Counted from the first letter of the stretch, positions 47,131 through 61,620 are shown. The stretch is DNA of 64,000 nucleotides from Sphaerodactylus townsendi (GCF_021028975.2 NW_025950341.1:124001-188000), one strand, 5' to 3'. Numbers and translations are program-made. The notes: generated by a model not told the origin, from the letters alone.

Positions 47131-49846
47131 ATGTGTCAGCTTTTCTGAGACATTTTCCTCACCTTATCTATACGCTTTTTCTCCAAAATTTCCTCAGATC
47201 TGTTAGCTACACAGAAGCCTTAGCATTTTGTGAATTGGTTGTGAAATTTTTCCTTGTATAGAAAGCACTTGGGCTTCTTTCAGATTCTTTTGACAGTTTA
47301 TCCTTACAGGCTCTGCTAAATTTGCATTAAATTTCACTTCAGGGAAAACTTAGCATGAATCCTGCTCAAGAATTCATCTCAAGTGCATGAAAGGTAAACA
47401 AGGAGGTAAACAAGGCCCATATTGGAAATCAACATTATGACTTATTATGAGCCAGAGATGGAAAAGGGTTTCTTGTCCACTTTCTGCAAATCGTCCACCA
47501 AACTCCAAAGAACCTCTAACTTTTTCAAATCCATTTTTTCAACCTTACACAGAAGGGCACTTTAATTTCAATAGTCTGAAACAATTTGATAGCTTTTTGT
47601 TCCTTAAATGATCCCCAGGGGCTATGACTGCAGAACCTATTAGCATTTTTTGTGGCTATATAGGGAGTTGCCTCTTGGGACACAAACTGATCATTAATAA
47701 AAGAGCTTGGAAAAATTGAACATGACATACAGCCAATCTGGCAAAACAGAATTTTGTTAAGTGAGAAGTGACATTAAAAGCCCTTGAGGGGTAGGTCTCT
47801 TGTGAGGCTCAAGTGATAACAGTAGATATTGGAAGAAGAAAGTTTTACCTGTACATGTAATTTTAATTTCATCCTTCTGTGGAAAACAAGTACAGGAGGA
47901 TTAGAGGAAAAAAGGGAAGTTTGTTCCACAAATTGGTTATGTTGGGATATGTTTATCTAGGCCAATTAAATCTCAGTGAGATTAAACTGACTTGAATTGA
48001 TGTTTGCTAGCAGAAAATTTGTTAAGCGCTTGCCCTTTTTATTCTTTGGTTGTTCCCTTGGAATACTGTTGCTTACTTTTCTTCTCAAGGAAGTTTCTTC
48101 CCCCTTCTCACACAAATTTCTTAAACTTTCCCAAACTCATCTGTTAATACTGTTGGACTTTGCTGTCTCACTCACCCACTCTCTCCCACCCCTTCCAGCT
48201 GCTACAACTTCTTGTTACCCAAATTAGTCTGGTCTGTTCCCTTTTAGTTTAGGGAATTAGCAGAGAACAGAGTCCAGATCCCCTTAGAACCCCTCATAAA
48301 AACAGAATTATGGAGAAGGTTTACAATTTATTAAGGATTAAAAATAATAAAAATGCACTCACAAGCTGTGAACACACACACAAATAATTTTGAAATGCCT
48401 AGAATATATAGAGATGAAAGATAGAAGGGAATAGAAGAGGGAATTCCAGAAGTGGTTCAAGGATAAAGAAAGACAGTGCCAGCACTGCTCATGAGGACAT
48501 CCAAGTACAATGCCCATGGATTTTTTTTTTGGGGGGGGGAGTTATTAATAGAAAAGTTAACCCTCTAGCTATGATAAGAAAGGCTATTTTCCAGAAACAA
48601 AGCAATGTTCCATTCCCAGGCAGGAACAATATTATGGAAAAAAGACTTGCTTGAATCAAGACCTGGCTTGCCGAACTCTTGTTGATGTTTGGGCTGTGTT
48701 GGTGGTATTAGGACAAGGGCATTCTAAGTCAGAATGAGCCTGGATGCTGAACAAAGACACTCCAGAAGGTTTATGGTTGTTTAATAGCTGGATAAGAGGT
48801 TTAAGATTAAATTAACATTTGGGGAAAAGGATTCAGATGATCTATTTGATTTACTGATAGATTCAGGGCATGTGGCTTTTGCTTGTTCTTTAAAGACAGG
48901 TATGTTTTCTCAAGGCTGCACTATTGTTATCCAAATCCAAGTTGCTGAGCATTCAGGGAAGGCATTGGTTACTGGTATGCATACTTGATTTGGGAAGTGA
49001 AACGCATGTGTCTGGCAAAACCCCTCTTAGTATCAATGTCCATGAATTAAGATTGGCCTCTTATCTTAGTTTGGACTGTCCATGTTGCTGAGACATGACT
49101 GACTGGGCATTTCAAAAAATTGCCCCCTGCCTTGCTATGGACTTGCAAACCAACACTATCCTCCACCAGCCCCCAGAGATACAGAGAGGTGCGAAAGCCC
49201 TCTACCATTCCCAGACATGCCACCAAAATGTCAAGTGTGACCCCCAATTCTGACCTCAGTGGCTCAGTCAAAACACAAGCCACAAGTTGTATGCCAGTCA
49301 AAGGCCTAAGTTGGCAGGGTTGCAGCAGGAAGCACAGGGAGCAGCCTGAGCCATCAGAAAGAGAGTCAGGACACTGGCTGCTGCCACCATTGGCATCATT
49401 GGTACAAGGAAGGAGAGAAAGCTTGGGCTGGGAAGGACCTGGAAAGAGAAGATCACAGCAGAAGAGGAGCAGCAAGACTACAGCCAGCTCCAGGTATACA
49501 GGATCAAACTTTGAGAATGAGGGAGCACAGACATAACCCAGTGGAAATGGCACACAGGTGATGGCATCAGGAGGAAGTAACATAGCATCTGGGGGAAAGA
49601 ACACACCTGGGAAGAGGAGAGAAGAATCAGGAGGATTAGTGGAGGGTAATAGAAAGACACTAAACATACTGCCAGCTAGGGAGATGAGAGTGTTTTGCTA
49701 AGGAGTTTGAGAGACCAGAAAGAGGGCACTAAAATAAGCATGAGGCAGATGCTGGGGTAATGGGGAATGGCAAAGAAGTGTGACTCCAGACACACTGAAA
49801 TTGGCTAGGGCAGTGTACTGACAGGGACAACCACATCCAAGGAAGA

Positions 49847-51527
49847 TTTATTTATTTATATTTATACCCTGCCCTCCCCATTTTAAGGGCTCAGGGCAAT
49901 GAACACTAACAAATATTTACATAATAATAAAACAGCAATAAAGCATCAATCAAACAGTAGAAGCAACTAACAGATGGCAAAGAAAACCCACCCCTCTACT
50001 GCACCCATGGCAGGCCAATGATGATAATGGTCAGGCCGGCTGGCTAGATGGGAATGCCTGATGGAAAAGCTCCACCTTACAGGTCCTGCAGAACTCATTC
50101 AAGTCTTCCAGGGCCCTGATCTCACTGGGGAGCTTATTCCATCAGGCAGGGGCCAGGGCTTTTTCAGCCTTGGCCCACATAAAAGCCAGCCAAACCTCCC
50201 TTGGGCAAGGGACCTCCAGCAGGTTTCCCTCCAACAAGCAGAGGGACCTAGTAGGGCAATACAAGGAGAGGTGGTCCTGCTGGTATGCAGGTCCAAGACT
50301 GCTCACAACCTTAAATGTTAACACTAACACTTTGGATATGATCCAGTACTTGATCAGCAGTCAGTGGTGTTGGTATAGGATTGGAGTGATCCCATCTCCG
50401 CTTAGCGCTCCAGAAAGAAGCCTGGCTGCCGCATGTTGAACAAACTTTAATTTCTGAGTCATAGACAAAGGAAAGCTAGCATATAGCAAGTTACAATAAT
50501 CCAGTCTGGAGATGACTGTTGTGTGGATTACTGTGACTAGGTCAGAATGGGAGAGGTACGGAGCCAGTTGTCATGCCTGATGCAGATGGTAAAAAGCAAT
50601 CTGGGTAGTCTTAATGACCTGGGCCTCCAGCGACAAGGCTGAGTCCAAGGTCACCCCCAGGCTTTTGACTGACAAGGCCAAATGCAAGACCTCGCTGTCT
50701 AGTGTAGGCAGGCAAAATCAACCAACCTCCTCCCCGACCCACCCACAGAAACCTCCATCTTCTCTTGATTCAGCTTCAGTCAGCTTGCTCTTAACCAGCC
50801 AACCACAGCCTCTAAACAATGCTGGAGAGCCCCAGGGGCAGAGGCCGGACAGACTGCCATCGTAAACACGAGCTGGGTGTCATCCACATATTGGTGACAC
50901 TGCAGCCTGAAACTCCAAACTAAGCCAGCCAGGGGGCACATGTAGATGTTAAAAAGCATTGGGGATAGGACCGCCCCTTGTGACACCCCACAGATCATGG
51001 GATGCCATTTGGAGTTCTCTCCCCTCTTACCTGCCAATGTTACCTGCCATCTCCAGTCTTGAAGAAACAAGGACAGCCAGTTCAAGACTGTCCTGCAGAC
51101 TCTGATCTCAGTGAGGTGGTGGACCATAAGGTTGTGATCTACTGTATCAAACACTGCGGTGAGATCTAACACCAGCAGCACCAAACCACCTCAGTCTACC
51201 TGGAGTCAAAGTTCATCCATGATGGCCACCAAAACCGTCTCTGTCCCATGGCCAGCATGGAAACTGGACTGGAGGGGATCCAATACTTCTGTGTCATCCA
51301 GGAATTTCTGGAGCTGGTCCGCTACTGTTTGTTCAATTACCTTGCCCAGAAACAAAAGATTCAAGACTGGGCGGTATTTGGTTAGATCCAATGGATTTAA
51401 TTGAGATCTCTTCAGGAACGAATGAACTACTGTCTCTTTAAGCCAACCTGGAAAACTCCTTGCTTAAGGGAGTTATTGATGATGTTCAACAGGTGACCCC
51501 GAAGCACCTCCCTGCTGGCTTTCACCA
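49847..51527 (-). mobile_element. L2 LINE fragment, degenerate RT and 3' tail
   Basis: YRPVLNLLFLGKVIEQ..QSSFHAGHGTET, LLVLDLTAVFDTVDH, GVSQGAVLSPMLFNIY, HQYVDDTQL. (TAAA)n tail at ~49850. Confidence 0.88.
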
Positions 51528-54500
51528 ATCAGGAAGGGCGCGGATCAAAAGAACAAAATTGTATTGCTTGGATAGTTGGCAGCCCAAATGAGTAGCTAGT
51601 CTCATTGGGATGCTGTTCTATTTTTCTTCTATTCTTTTGAACATGTTTTTGGGGATGTGACAAATGTCTGTTATCAATGGATATCACAATGTAGAGTTGG
51701 AAAAGTGTAGAATTCAAATGTAGGTGAAGTACATTTTCCCTGACATTTCCCTATTAAACCAGGTCCTAATATTCTATCTCACAATGTTCTGTCACATTTT
51801 AGTGTGGCCAAGAGACAAGTCCCAGGCAAGAAGACTTGGATCTTAATTTGCGACAGTTGCCAAGGCAGGGAAGAAATTTACAATGAAATCCTATGCAATT
51901 TCTTCTGTCTGAACTGATTGATGCCAATGTACTTAGACTGGAATAATGCTGCATAGGATTATAATGTAAGTTTTCATTTGAATAATACCCTGAAATACTC
52001 CCCTTCATTTTCTTTTAAAAGTGTATGGCTGCAGTTCTTTCCTATGAGGAGAAACAGTGTGTGTAAATGCAATGGTGCAGTGCAGGACCCAACCACTATA
52101 TCTTCTGGACTATGAAAACCAGAAAATCAAGGGTGGGACTGCTGCTTCCCCACCTTTCCCTCCTAATGGTATTTTCTCCATGTGATAGAAAAGAGAGCAA
52201 TGTATTCTGTGCCCCCTCCCCCATCACAAAAGCACAAGACTTACATATGGGAGAAAGTAAGAAAATACAGCTATGTTGGGAAGGTGAGATGTAGTCCTTA
52301 TCTGTTTCTATGGTCAAGGGAGATGTGTTTAGTTTAAGGACCAGGAGGACTTGTTTGGAAAAGCAGGTATCTTGCTCCACCTCTATCAATTACTTTTCCA
52401 TATACCCTTCCTCCTTGTCCTCCCCATATTGGACTTTGTAAGCCTTTTTCTAGTCTGTTAATATTAATTGATTATTGAAAATGAAGAATCAAGCAAGTGT
52501 AGCATGAATTGGGGAGGGGAAAGATCGCTATGCTTACAAAATGAAAATTGGGAATAATAAAAAATAAAATCATACCCAGGTTTAAGCATGTCTCAAAAAT
52601 TAATGACATATTAAAATATCACAAAGTTGGAGTCTATCACCTCTCATAAATAGATGATTTCAGTATCTCAGCACAGAGACCAAATACAGAATGTACTTCA
52701 GAAAGAGAGAAAGGTGAAAGACATAATGCTGTACCCTTTCTTCTGGCTGTTTCTTGCTAGTGGAATATTCACAAAGATCTGGGGGTCTGACTACCCTTTC
52801 TGAACAATTCTGTAAGGAAACTGATGGGTACTGTGTAGGTCAATGTAATAACTATCCTTATTTCTTCAGAACACACAGCTTGCTAAGTCAGAATGAACTC
52901 TGATGACAAGATTAAGGTAAGCCAGTCTCCCAATGTATTTCTCAGGTATTCCAGGTTATAGGTTGCCAGTATGATACATTAAAGTATTTTACACTAAGCT
53001 GAGGTACAATTTCAGCACATATGGAGTCTGAAATACTATGATGAAAGTACAATCATCCTAGGTTGTGACCCAGACAGTCCACTTTAAATTAAGATTAAAC
53101 TAAGGTGAAATGGGAGATGTTCCAGGATATTTCATGAGGAAACCCCATTCAGGGGTTGTGTGATTGGGGGATAAATCAATAAATCATTTGTGCATGGAGG
53201 GAGTTGACTTTAACTGATTCCTTCTTCCTGTGGCAATCCAAAATGACCCCCAACAAATTTGGGAACAGGGGACCCTAGATCTAACTTAGAGGGAATTAGA
53301 GTATCTCACAGGAGGAGGGATCAGCAATAAATCTTGTACCCACAGAAATCTAGATGGGGTCCAAGGCATAGTATAATATAAACAGTAGTTCAGGGGTTAC
53401 AGGTTTGGAAATCAATGCAGTAAAATGCAGGATTTTTTATGATAGACAATGTAATAGAGCTGGATTGCAAAAATAGAAAATAACGCAACAAACATAATAT
53501 ATGTGGAGACTGCCTTAAATGTAACCAATACTGACTACTACCTAATACACCACAGGTAAAATACTTATTTGCTGCAGGAGTATTGGCTTATAAAGGAAGG
53601 AATCTGTCGCATTTCTTTCTTGCAAGACAACTCTCATTTTTTTTCTGTTTGAAAGCTACAACTTCCCAGTTATTTGAAAAATGTATGTAATGTGTGATTA
53701 CATACTTTGCAATCATTCTCCAATTTCCTTTCCCTCGAATTCATTAATATTTGTGAGCTCTGAATGATTGAAGTGTAACATTTAATGTGAAATAACTGTT
53801 GTTGTTTTGCCAAAGGAAATTTCCTTTCTAATTAAAAGTTTGGTGTTTTTTTTCTTTTTAAAAAGTGTGCGATTACAGCAAAAAGATGCCACAGGTAACA
53901 TTGCCTTATTAAGTTTCCCAAACAAGTAGTGCTAGTTTTGGTTGGTTCCTCGCCAGAAGTCAAAAGCTTTCACCATCTGACAAGAAAGCTAAAGAGCACA
54001 GAATTTCACAAATGGTCACATTTGTGCTGTGCCTGTAGCCACATGCATATATTCATGACAGCAACCAAGAACCTGTATGATATTTGTCCCATGTTAATAG
54101 ATATTTTCATTTGGCTTGTTTTGAATAATGATGTATTCCCCATGCGAGCAGCCTGTAATTGTTTTTCAAGCGGCTTCTTCCTTAAGGAAAAGTTGGTTTT
54201 GTGAGAAGGAAAACCCCCTAATCATTCTCTCCAGTTCCAGATTGAACCTTCCCACTGGTGGAAGATTTCTTTTGTTTTGAATGAATTGAGGACAGCAAAA
54301 TGGATTTCACTTTCCCTCCCCTCCATAGTGGTCTGATACAAAATCAATTTCCCAGGCTAAATTGTTTGTTGTTGGTATGGTTCTTCATGCATCTTGTCTC
54401 CCATGGACAAAGTTTCTAATGCTTCATCCACTCTCATAATTCTATTATTTTCATTCTTGTTTCCCCTTCATATTTGTGTTTATCTCCAATATAAATCCCT

Positions 54501-55199
54501 ATCCGAAAACCAGCTTCTGTGGGATTTTAAAACAAATGAATAGCTTTATTTCTTGTATTGCCATCAGACTTGCTCTACAAACAAAACTGCCAAGAATAAA
54601 GTCTCAAGTTCGAACATTTGCAGAGCTGCAATGAATATTTAGTATCTTCCCATTATTGCAGGGAAAGTACATTTCAGGATTAATGGGAAACATAATTCTT
54701 CATCTCATTGGAAGTGCCTCTTTGATTATTGTTTGCTTTTGTTACTGCTGTCCAATCTGGCAGATAAGTGTGTGGTTTTTGCATGTGTGTGAACCCCATA
54801 TCAACACATAACTAAATATATGCATCTAAATTCTGCACAAACAAAACTCCATTTCCCTTAATGTCACTACTAACTAGTAGAATTAGGAATTTGTTCCCAA
54901 GTGCCTGCCAAGTGCCTGTTTCTCCTGATTGCCTTGACTGATACTGTGATGAGTTATCTTTCACCAAGACTGAGGATCATAATACAGAGATCATTGAGAT
55001 GGGAATGTGGGTTGTCCAAGTGTGAAAGTTGGGAGAACTCAGTTTAGAGCAGGAAGCTATCTTGCTCGAATGGGAGATAAAGGTTATGGGATAGGTCAGT
55101 ATTTTCATGGAAATATTTAAAGATGTGGTCAGCAGACATCCTAAGACATAATTTGCTAAGCTTGGAATGTGGGGTGATGACTCAATGCTAACCAATCAC

Positions 55200-55783
55200 C
55201 ATGCTTTCCATCCTGCCATTCCAGTTTCCTACCCACCCTTTCCCCAAAGAACAAGCTGGGGCTATAGGTGCAGCAGCAATGTGCCCTCCCACCTGGCCAG
55301 GCACAAGCCCTCCCAATCCCCCTCCACCACAAAAAACCCCAGCTGGGCCTGATGGGGCAGTGGCAGCAAATTGCTCTTCTGCCTGGCCCAACTCAAGCCC
55401 TTTCAAGCCCCCTCCTTCCCTCCCTCCAAAAAAGAATGCTTACCAACAGCAATTCCTCTTTGGGATGGGCCTTCCACCACCAGATCACCCATCTGTGGGC
55501 ACAGACATAGTAGCTGGAGGCATGATAGGGTGGGGGCACTTCCTTGGGCCCAGAGAATGGGAGGGGAAGGAGGTGGAAGGGGGAGACTCACCAGGCAGCT
55601 GTGGCCAGCAAAGAGGTGGAGACTGGAGACTACCTGCACTTGTTCATTGCAAGTGGACCAGCGGCTGGGCAGGCAGTAATGGGGGAGAAAGGCTCTGAGG
55701 GCCACAGTTCACCCACCTGCCCATTGCATCCCCCCTCTTTTTTACAGCCCATCGCATTTTCCCTAAATGGGCTTTATTGCTAG
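55200..55783 (+). mobile_element. Possible non-autonomous Helitron 3' portion
   Basis: GC-rich block ending in hairpin AGCCCAT..ATGGGCT (55746-55773), then CTAG|T at 55780-55784. The 5' TC end is not identified. Confidence 0.45.
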
Positions 55784-55824
55784 TGTCTCTATATTTACAA
55801 TTCTTCTGTTATATTATTTTTTAT

Positions 55825-56390
55825 TGAGCCGGCCTTAAAGACAACCTAGAAATTGCCACTAGTTCAGAATGCAGCAGCCCAATTATTGTGAGAATATAGC
55901 TAATAGGAATATACCTTGCTGGAGTTGCCAGCCAGTGCCATTGTACTGACAGAAAGACATCATTTCCCAGCCAAACCCAAAATGACATTATGCCACTCTA
56001 GGGCCTCTTCCGCACAAGCAAAATAATGCATTTTCAAAACACTTTCACAACTGTTTGCAAGTGGATTTTGCCATTCCGCACAGCTTCAAAGAGCATTGAA
56101 AGCAGTTTGAAAGTGCATTATTCTGCATGTGCGGAATGAGCCTAGGATTCAGTAACATCACTTCTGAGTTCCACCAAAAATGATTTTTTTTATTCACCTC
56201 CAGCCTCTCAATTAGCGGCAGAGGTTGGGAAGGTCACCTGGCAGCCCTGTATCTTGCCATCTTAAAACAGCTACATTGGTAGTCTGTTTCTGAGTTTAGT
56301 TCAACATTCTGATAACCTTTAAAGACTTGCACAGTTGAGGATTCACATATCTAAAGGATCATCTCTTGCCAGAAGAAGCAAGAAGCAACA
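55825..56390 (+). mobile_element. L2 fragment interrupted by a hAT MITE (55920-56249)
   Basis: LVQNAAAQL on the left, LKQLHW..TFK.LH..YLKD on the right. The hAT MITE has TSD TACCTTGC/TATCTTGC. Confidence 0.6.
56002..56142. mobile_element. PIF/Harbinger-type MITE, 141 bp
   Basis: TSD TAG. Near-identical to 8964-9104. Confidence 0.85.
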
Positions 56391-57929
56391 ACATAGCTAT
56401 TTTATTACTGTAAATACTGATATAAGGTATGTTTAACCCACATGACATCTAGGAAGAGGCATAGTATGTACTTCTATATTCTCTTTACTGTTTGGGACCT
56501 ACTTAATGGTTCTCTTGTGTTCCCAGCCTCTTGTGTTTTCTTTCTGTTTATAAATTTTTGAATCCTGAAGGACTTTTTGGTGCTGGAAGTCCTACATGTG
56601 TTTTATTTTGTTGGATTTATTTTATTTTGTTGGATTTTGGCAAATCCCTTTGTTGCAGTAAGTTTAACATAATGCAACTCTGCATGCATGGGACTGGATT
56701 ATTTCCCCAATTCTGCTAATGTTACAAATCAACCTATGCAATCCTTATGCTGTCGCCTACCAGCAGTTCCTCCACATAGAAGTTTAATAGGGTGTAATCT
56801 TTCTTGCAACTGACACCTCATGATGTGAGAAATGGTACCCACTGAAATTTTACCAACTCATGCAATCATAGGCAATAGAGATTAGGACAGGAAAGAATCA
56901 GGCAAAAATATCCACAATGATTCCAGAACTAGTGAAGAAGAAAATTCCAGATTTGCACAAGGATTTCTGCCTTTGCAGACTAATGTTTACTGCTGGTTAG
57001 TTAGCTTGGTAGTTTTACATAAAAATCTATACTTTCAAAGGTCGTCTGGGCTGAACAAATCAGTGTTTCGCATAACAAACTATTCTTATGAGTACAACAT
57101 ACTGATAACCTGCAAATGTACCAAACTGCATATGTGAAAGAAGGATATTTATGTAAGCACCTTCAAAGTTAATAGATATACTTTCACCATGGTCTTGAGT
57201 AAATAGATTTCATGTTTATCAGACAAAATGACAATTCTGCAAAAACAATCAAAATGCCAATTGTTTGCGGCATTTTGTTTGTATATTGAAAGTCAAGATA
57301 AAAACCAAACTAGCTTTATTTCTTTTTCCCTAGCTCATTTTGTACTCAACTAAAAATTCAATGAGAATCTCATTATCATATAACCAAAGAGAACAGCTCC
57401 TCTTCTCTCATATATAAACTTTCACTTATGCTTACAAATCAATCCAAATGAATCTTATTTTGAAATTGCTCTAAAAATAAAAACATGCCAATAAAGGAAA
57501 CATTTGCATGAATTAAAAAAAAAAACCTTTCTCACATACATCTATTTATCCATTAGGCTATATCTAATATAATGGTCTCCAGCTGTGCTTTGTTGAAATG
57601 AAAGTTAACACAGAATGAGATGAGATATAAGTCATAATTTATAAATAAAAAAGTGTATCAAAATCACAATAAAAATAAAAGTGAGTTGGTTCTGTTTGAG
57701 ATTGATTGTAAGATGTTTCCCCCTCCCAGTTAATATACAGGATTTTTTCAGTTACGTTCCAGGAACCTCTGCAATTCACTGAAAGGCTTCTCAGTGAGAT
57801 AAATAACAGACAAGATGACCTCAAAGACATCTTGTTCACTGCAACCAATTTTTCCAGGTGTTCTAGAATAGGTTTCCCAACCTTGAGTTGTGACCCATAA
57901 GCAAGTCACAATGCCTGGTGAAAAGGATT

Positions 57930-58920
57930 GTGGGAAGTGTTGTTCTTTCAGCGTAGATTGGGACAAAGGATTTAAAAGTAGTGGATGTAAAGATCCCCTC
58001 TTGCTCCCTTTAAATCCTGCACCCCAATCTATGCCGAAAAAACAACACTTCCCATGTTGTTTAAAGGGAGCCCAAAGGGTCCCTTTAAATCCAACCTCCC
58101 CCCCTCCAGGGGTGGATATAAAGAGACCCTCTGGGCTCCCGTTAAACAAGTGTTGAGAAGTGTTTGAGAAGTGTTGTTCTTTCTGTGTGGATTGGGGCAC
58201 AGGATTTAAAGGGAGCAAGACCTACTGAAGTCCATGGTGGGAAAAAAAACAATTAATTTTTCCCACCATAGAACTTGCTGCAGAAGAGCCTGGGAGATCC
58301 TGTGCTCTGAACTGGCTCTATAGCAGCCAATGGGGAATTTCTGGGGGTTTCTGTGGGGTGCACATTTTTAAGGCACATTTTTCAAGGCACCAAACTTTCA
58401 GGGTATCTTCAGGAGACTCTCTTGATGATACCACCCAGGTTTTGTGAACATTGCTTTGGAGGATGGTGGGAGATGGGCCCTACCCTTTTAGGGGTCCATA
58501 AAATTGAACCCCCTGAACCAAGCTTCACCAAACCTGGATGCTCTTGCCAGGACTTTCTCCTGGAGCCACCCGGAAAGTTTGGTGCCTCCACCTTGCAAAA
58601 TGTGCACCCTGCTTACACAAAGCAGAGAATTTGGGGAACTTTTGGGGTGCCTGACAGGGGTACACCAAAATTTCAGGGTATCTTCAGGAGACTCTCCTAA
58701 TGATACCACCCAGGTTTTGTGAAGTTTGATTCAGAGAATCCAAAGTTATGGACCCTCAAAGGGGTAGCTCCTGAAGATACTCTGAAATTTTGGTGCCGCT
58801 AGCTTTAAAATTGTGCCCCCCGTAGGCCAAAAACATAAATACACTTAAAATGTCAAAAAATGCTAACAAACCCAAATTTTTCGGTACACATATAAATTGA
58901 GGTATACACACTGAACCCCT
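57930..58920. mobile_element. Non-autonomous DNA-transposon-like element with internal direct and inverted repeats
   Basis: ~48-bp unit at 57932 (+), ~58005 (inverted) and 58168 (+). CACCAAA.TTTCAGGGTATCTTCAGGAGACTCTC..ATGATACCACCCAGGTTTTGTGAA at ~58388 and ~58663. Confidence 0.5.
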
Positions 58921-59060
58921 TGCTATGCTACTGCCTATGAGCAACATTGATGTGTTGATGCAGCTCCCATGTGAGAATCATGGCTATTCACAGTATCATT
59001 ATGTTTGTTGAGTTCTGTCATTTCTGGCTAGTTTTATACAGTCTTCAGAGTGCCATTGCA

Positions 59061-59336
59061 GAAGAAGAAGAGGAGGAGGAGGAATTGGATTTATACCCCA
59101 CCATTCTCTCCTGTAAGGAGCTTCAAGGCTGCTTACAAACTCCTTTCCCCTTTCTCTCCCTTTGAGAGCCCTGTGGGGATAGGGCTGGATATAAAATAAA
59201 TAAAATAAACAGACATCTTGTGAGGTAGGTGGGGCTGAGAGAGTTCTGAAAAACTGTGACTAGCTCAAGTTCACCCAGCAAGCTTCATGTGTAGGAGCAG
59301 GGAAACAAATTCAGTTCATTAGATATGAGTCTGCCA
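59061..59336 (-). mobile_element. Squam3-like tRNA-derived SINE
   Basis: (TTC/TCC)n tail after GGGGTATAAATCCAA on the minus strand. Body GTGAGGTAGGTGGGGCTGAGAGAG..GTGACTAGC.CAAG.TCACCCAGC on +. Confidence 0.65.
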
Positions 59337-60684
59337 CAGTTGTTCCATATGTTGTGGATCCAGACCCATGACAATAAAATATAATTTCTTCCATTTAGAT
59401 CATCATAACTTGATACCAGCTACGTAGAGATTATGCAGTGTTAAACAATGGCGTCTAAAAGATCACCTGGCCACTAAAAGATAAATTCAGAAATTATTTT
59501 ATTCCCTATTAGTGTTGCGTAGAAAATCATTGGCATAAGTAGTCATGTCACCAGTTGAGATAACTTTGCTTAGAAAAGCAACCTAGAAAAAAGACACATG
59601 CTGTCCTGACAGCTTCCAGTCATCCCTCATCTCCTAACACAGATAGCATACATTCCATTACTTTATGACCTTCTCCTATTTCCTATCTTTTACCTTTGTC
59701 CTCTCTTGAGCATGTGCCAAACATGATTTTCCTTGTAACCCCCACTTTATTACACATGAATCACAGAACCTAGTTAGTATAGTGATACACAAGGTACCAG
59801 TTACCACCATGCCACAGGTGCCCAGGAGACTTGAGCGAAGAAGAAGATTTAAGGGACTGATGGAGCACCGATGTGTGTCACTGACATGTGGGGAAGAGTA
59901 TAATGGTTGTATGTTAATATCCTGCTGATGTAGAAGATCCTATATCTGTCTGGAGCACTATATCTGTCTTAACCCTGGAGCACTGCCAATACAGCAGACC
60001 CTACTTAGTGGACAGGTACTTGCCCATAAAACAGTCAGAGAAGGTGGCAGGATTCTACAGTAAAGAGCTTACTTCTATCACTTTGGTTTTGATCTTCTTT
60101 GTGACCCCTTCAGACAAACATCTCAAATTTCCCCATCATCATATTTTAGATTTAGTAAGAAAATGAGCAAATATATCACTGGGAATTTCCTATTTGCTAT
60201 TTTATAGCAAGATGTTGCCAGATACGATATAAAGAGATGACTCTTGCTGTGCATTTCTAGGAGAAGGTCATACTTCAGATAGAAAAGATGGATCTGAGCT
60301 TCCTTTTCAATTTTGGTGACAACTGGCCTCTTTCCCTTGGATCTGAATGGGATGAAAGAGTCCTTAAAGTTCAGAAATGATGTGGTGACCTGGTCTATTA
60401 ATGGCTTCCAGAGGTAAGACTAAAACCTTGTTCTACATCAGAATGCCAACAAGCTTCAAAGATATGGTGAAGCAGCAGGTAGTTCAAGAATCATTTGTCC
60501 AGCCCCCCTTGTAATCTCCCTGACATATTCTTCATCGGTTGCAGGTAAGTCTCAGGGTCAGTAGAGCTGGCATTTGAAGTAGATGAACCACCCTGTTGAA
60601 AAGGCCCATGATGCAATTGCTGGGTCAGTGAAGTAGGCAGGATTCTGTAGAATGGGAAATGCAATGAAATCAATACAGTGCACT

Positions 60685-61620
60685 TGTAAATGTAAAGTGA
60701 TGCACATAGGCAAATGTATGGGAAATGCAATGAAATCAATACAGTGCACTTGTAAATGTAAAGTGATGCACATAGGCAAAAAATCCAAACTTCACATACA
60801 CGCTACAGAGGTCAGCGCTATCAGTCACAGACCAGGAAAGGGATTTGGGCATCTAAGTTGATAGTTCCATAGGAATGTCAAGTCAATGCATGACAGCTAT
60901 GAAAAAGGCAAACTCTATGCTGGAGATAATTAGGAAGGGAATTGATAATAAAACTACAAAGATTGTTATGCCCTTATATAAAGTAGTGGTGTGACCGCAC
61001 TTGGAGTACTGTGTTCAGTTCTGGTCGCCACATCTCAAAAAGGATACTGAAGAGATAGAAAAAGTGTAGAGAATGGCAATAAGAATGATTGAAGGACTGG
61101 GAAACCTTCCTTATGAGGAGAGACTGCAGCGTTTGGGACTCTAGTTTGAGGAGGAGACGTCTGAGAGGGGATATGATTGAAGTCTATAAAATTATGCATT
61201 GGGTAGAAAATGTTGACAGAGATAAATTTTTCACAGTACTAAAACCAGGGGGCATAAAATGCTGTGGGGAAGAATTAGGACTAATAAAAGGAAACATTTC
61301 TTCATGCAACGTGTGATCAGTGTTTGGAATATGCTGCCCTAGGAGGTGGTCATGGTCACTAATCTGGATAGTTTTAAAGGGGGCTTGGACAGATTTATGG
61401 AGGAGAAGTCGATCTATGGCTACTAATCTTGATCCTCCTTGATCTGAGATTGCAAATGCCTCAGCAGACCAGGTGCTCAGGAGCAGCAGCAGCAGCAGGC
61501 CATTACTTTCACATCCTGCATGTGAGCTCCCAGAGGCATCTGGTGGGCCACTGCAAGTAGTGATGTGCTGGACTAGATGAACTCTGGTCTGATCCAGCTG
61601 GCTTGTTCTTATGTTCTTAT
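60685..61620 (+). mobile_element. CR1 LINE 3' fragment
   Basis: KCKVMHIG, PHLEYCVQFWSPHLKKD, RRRLRGDMIEVYKIM, VWNMLP. 3' end GGTCTGATCCAG..(TTCTTATG)n. Confidence 0.9.

Noticed and set aside
49047-49667. 206-aa minus-strand ORF
   Set aside because: Low-complexity L/P/S/C-rich translation with no motif and open overlapping frames. Probably a decayed repeat.
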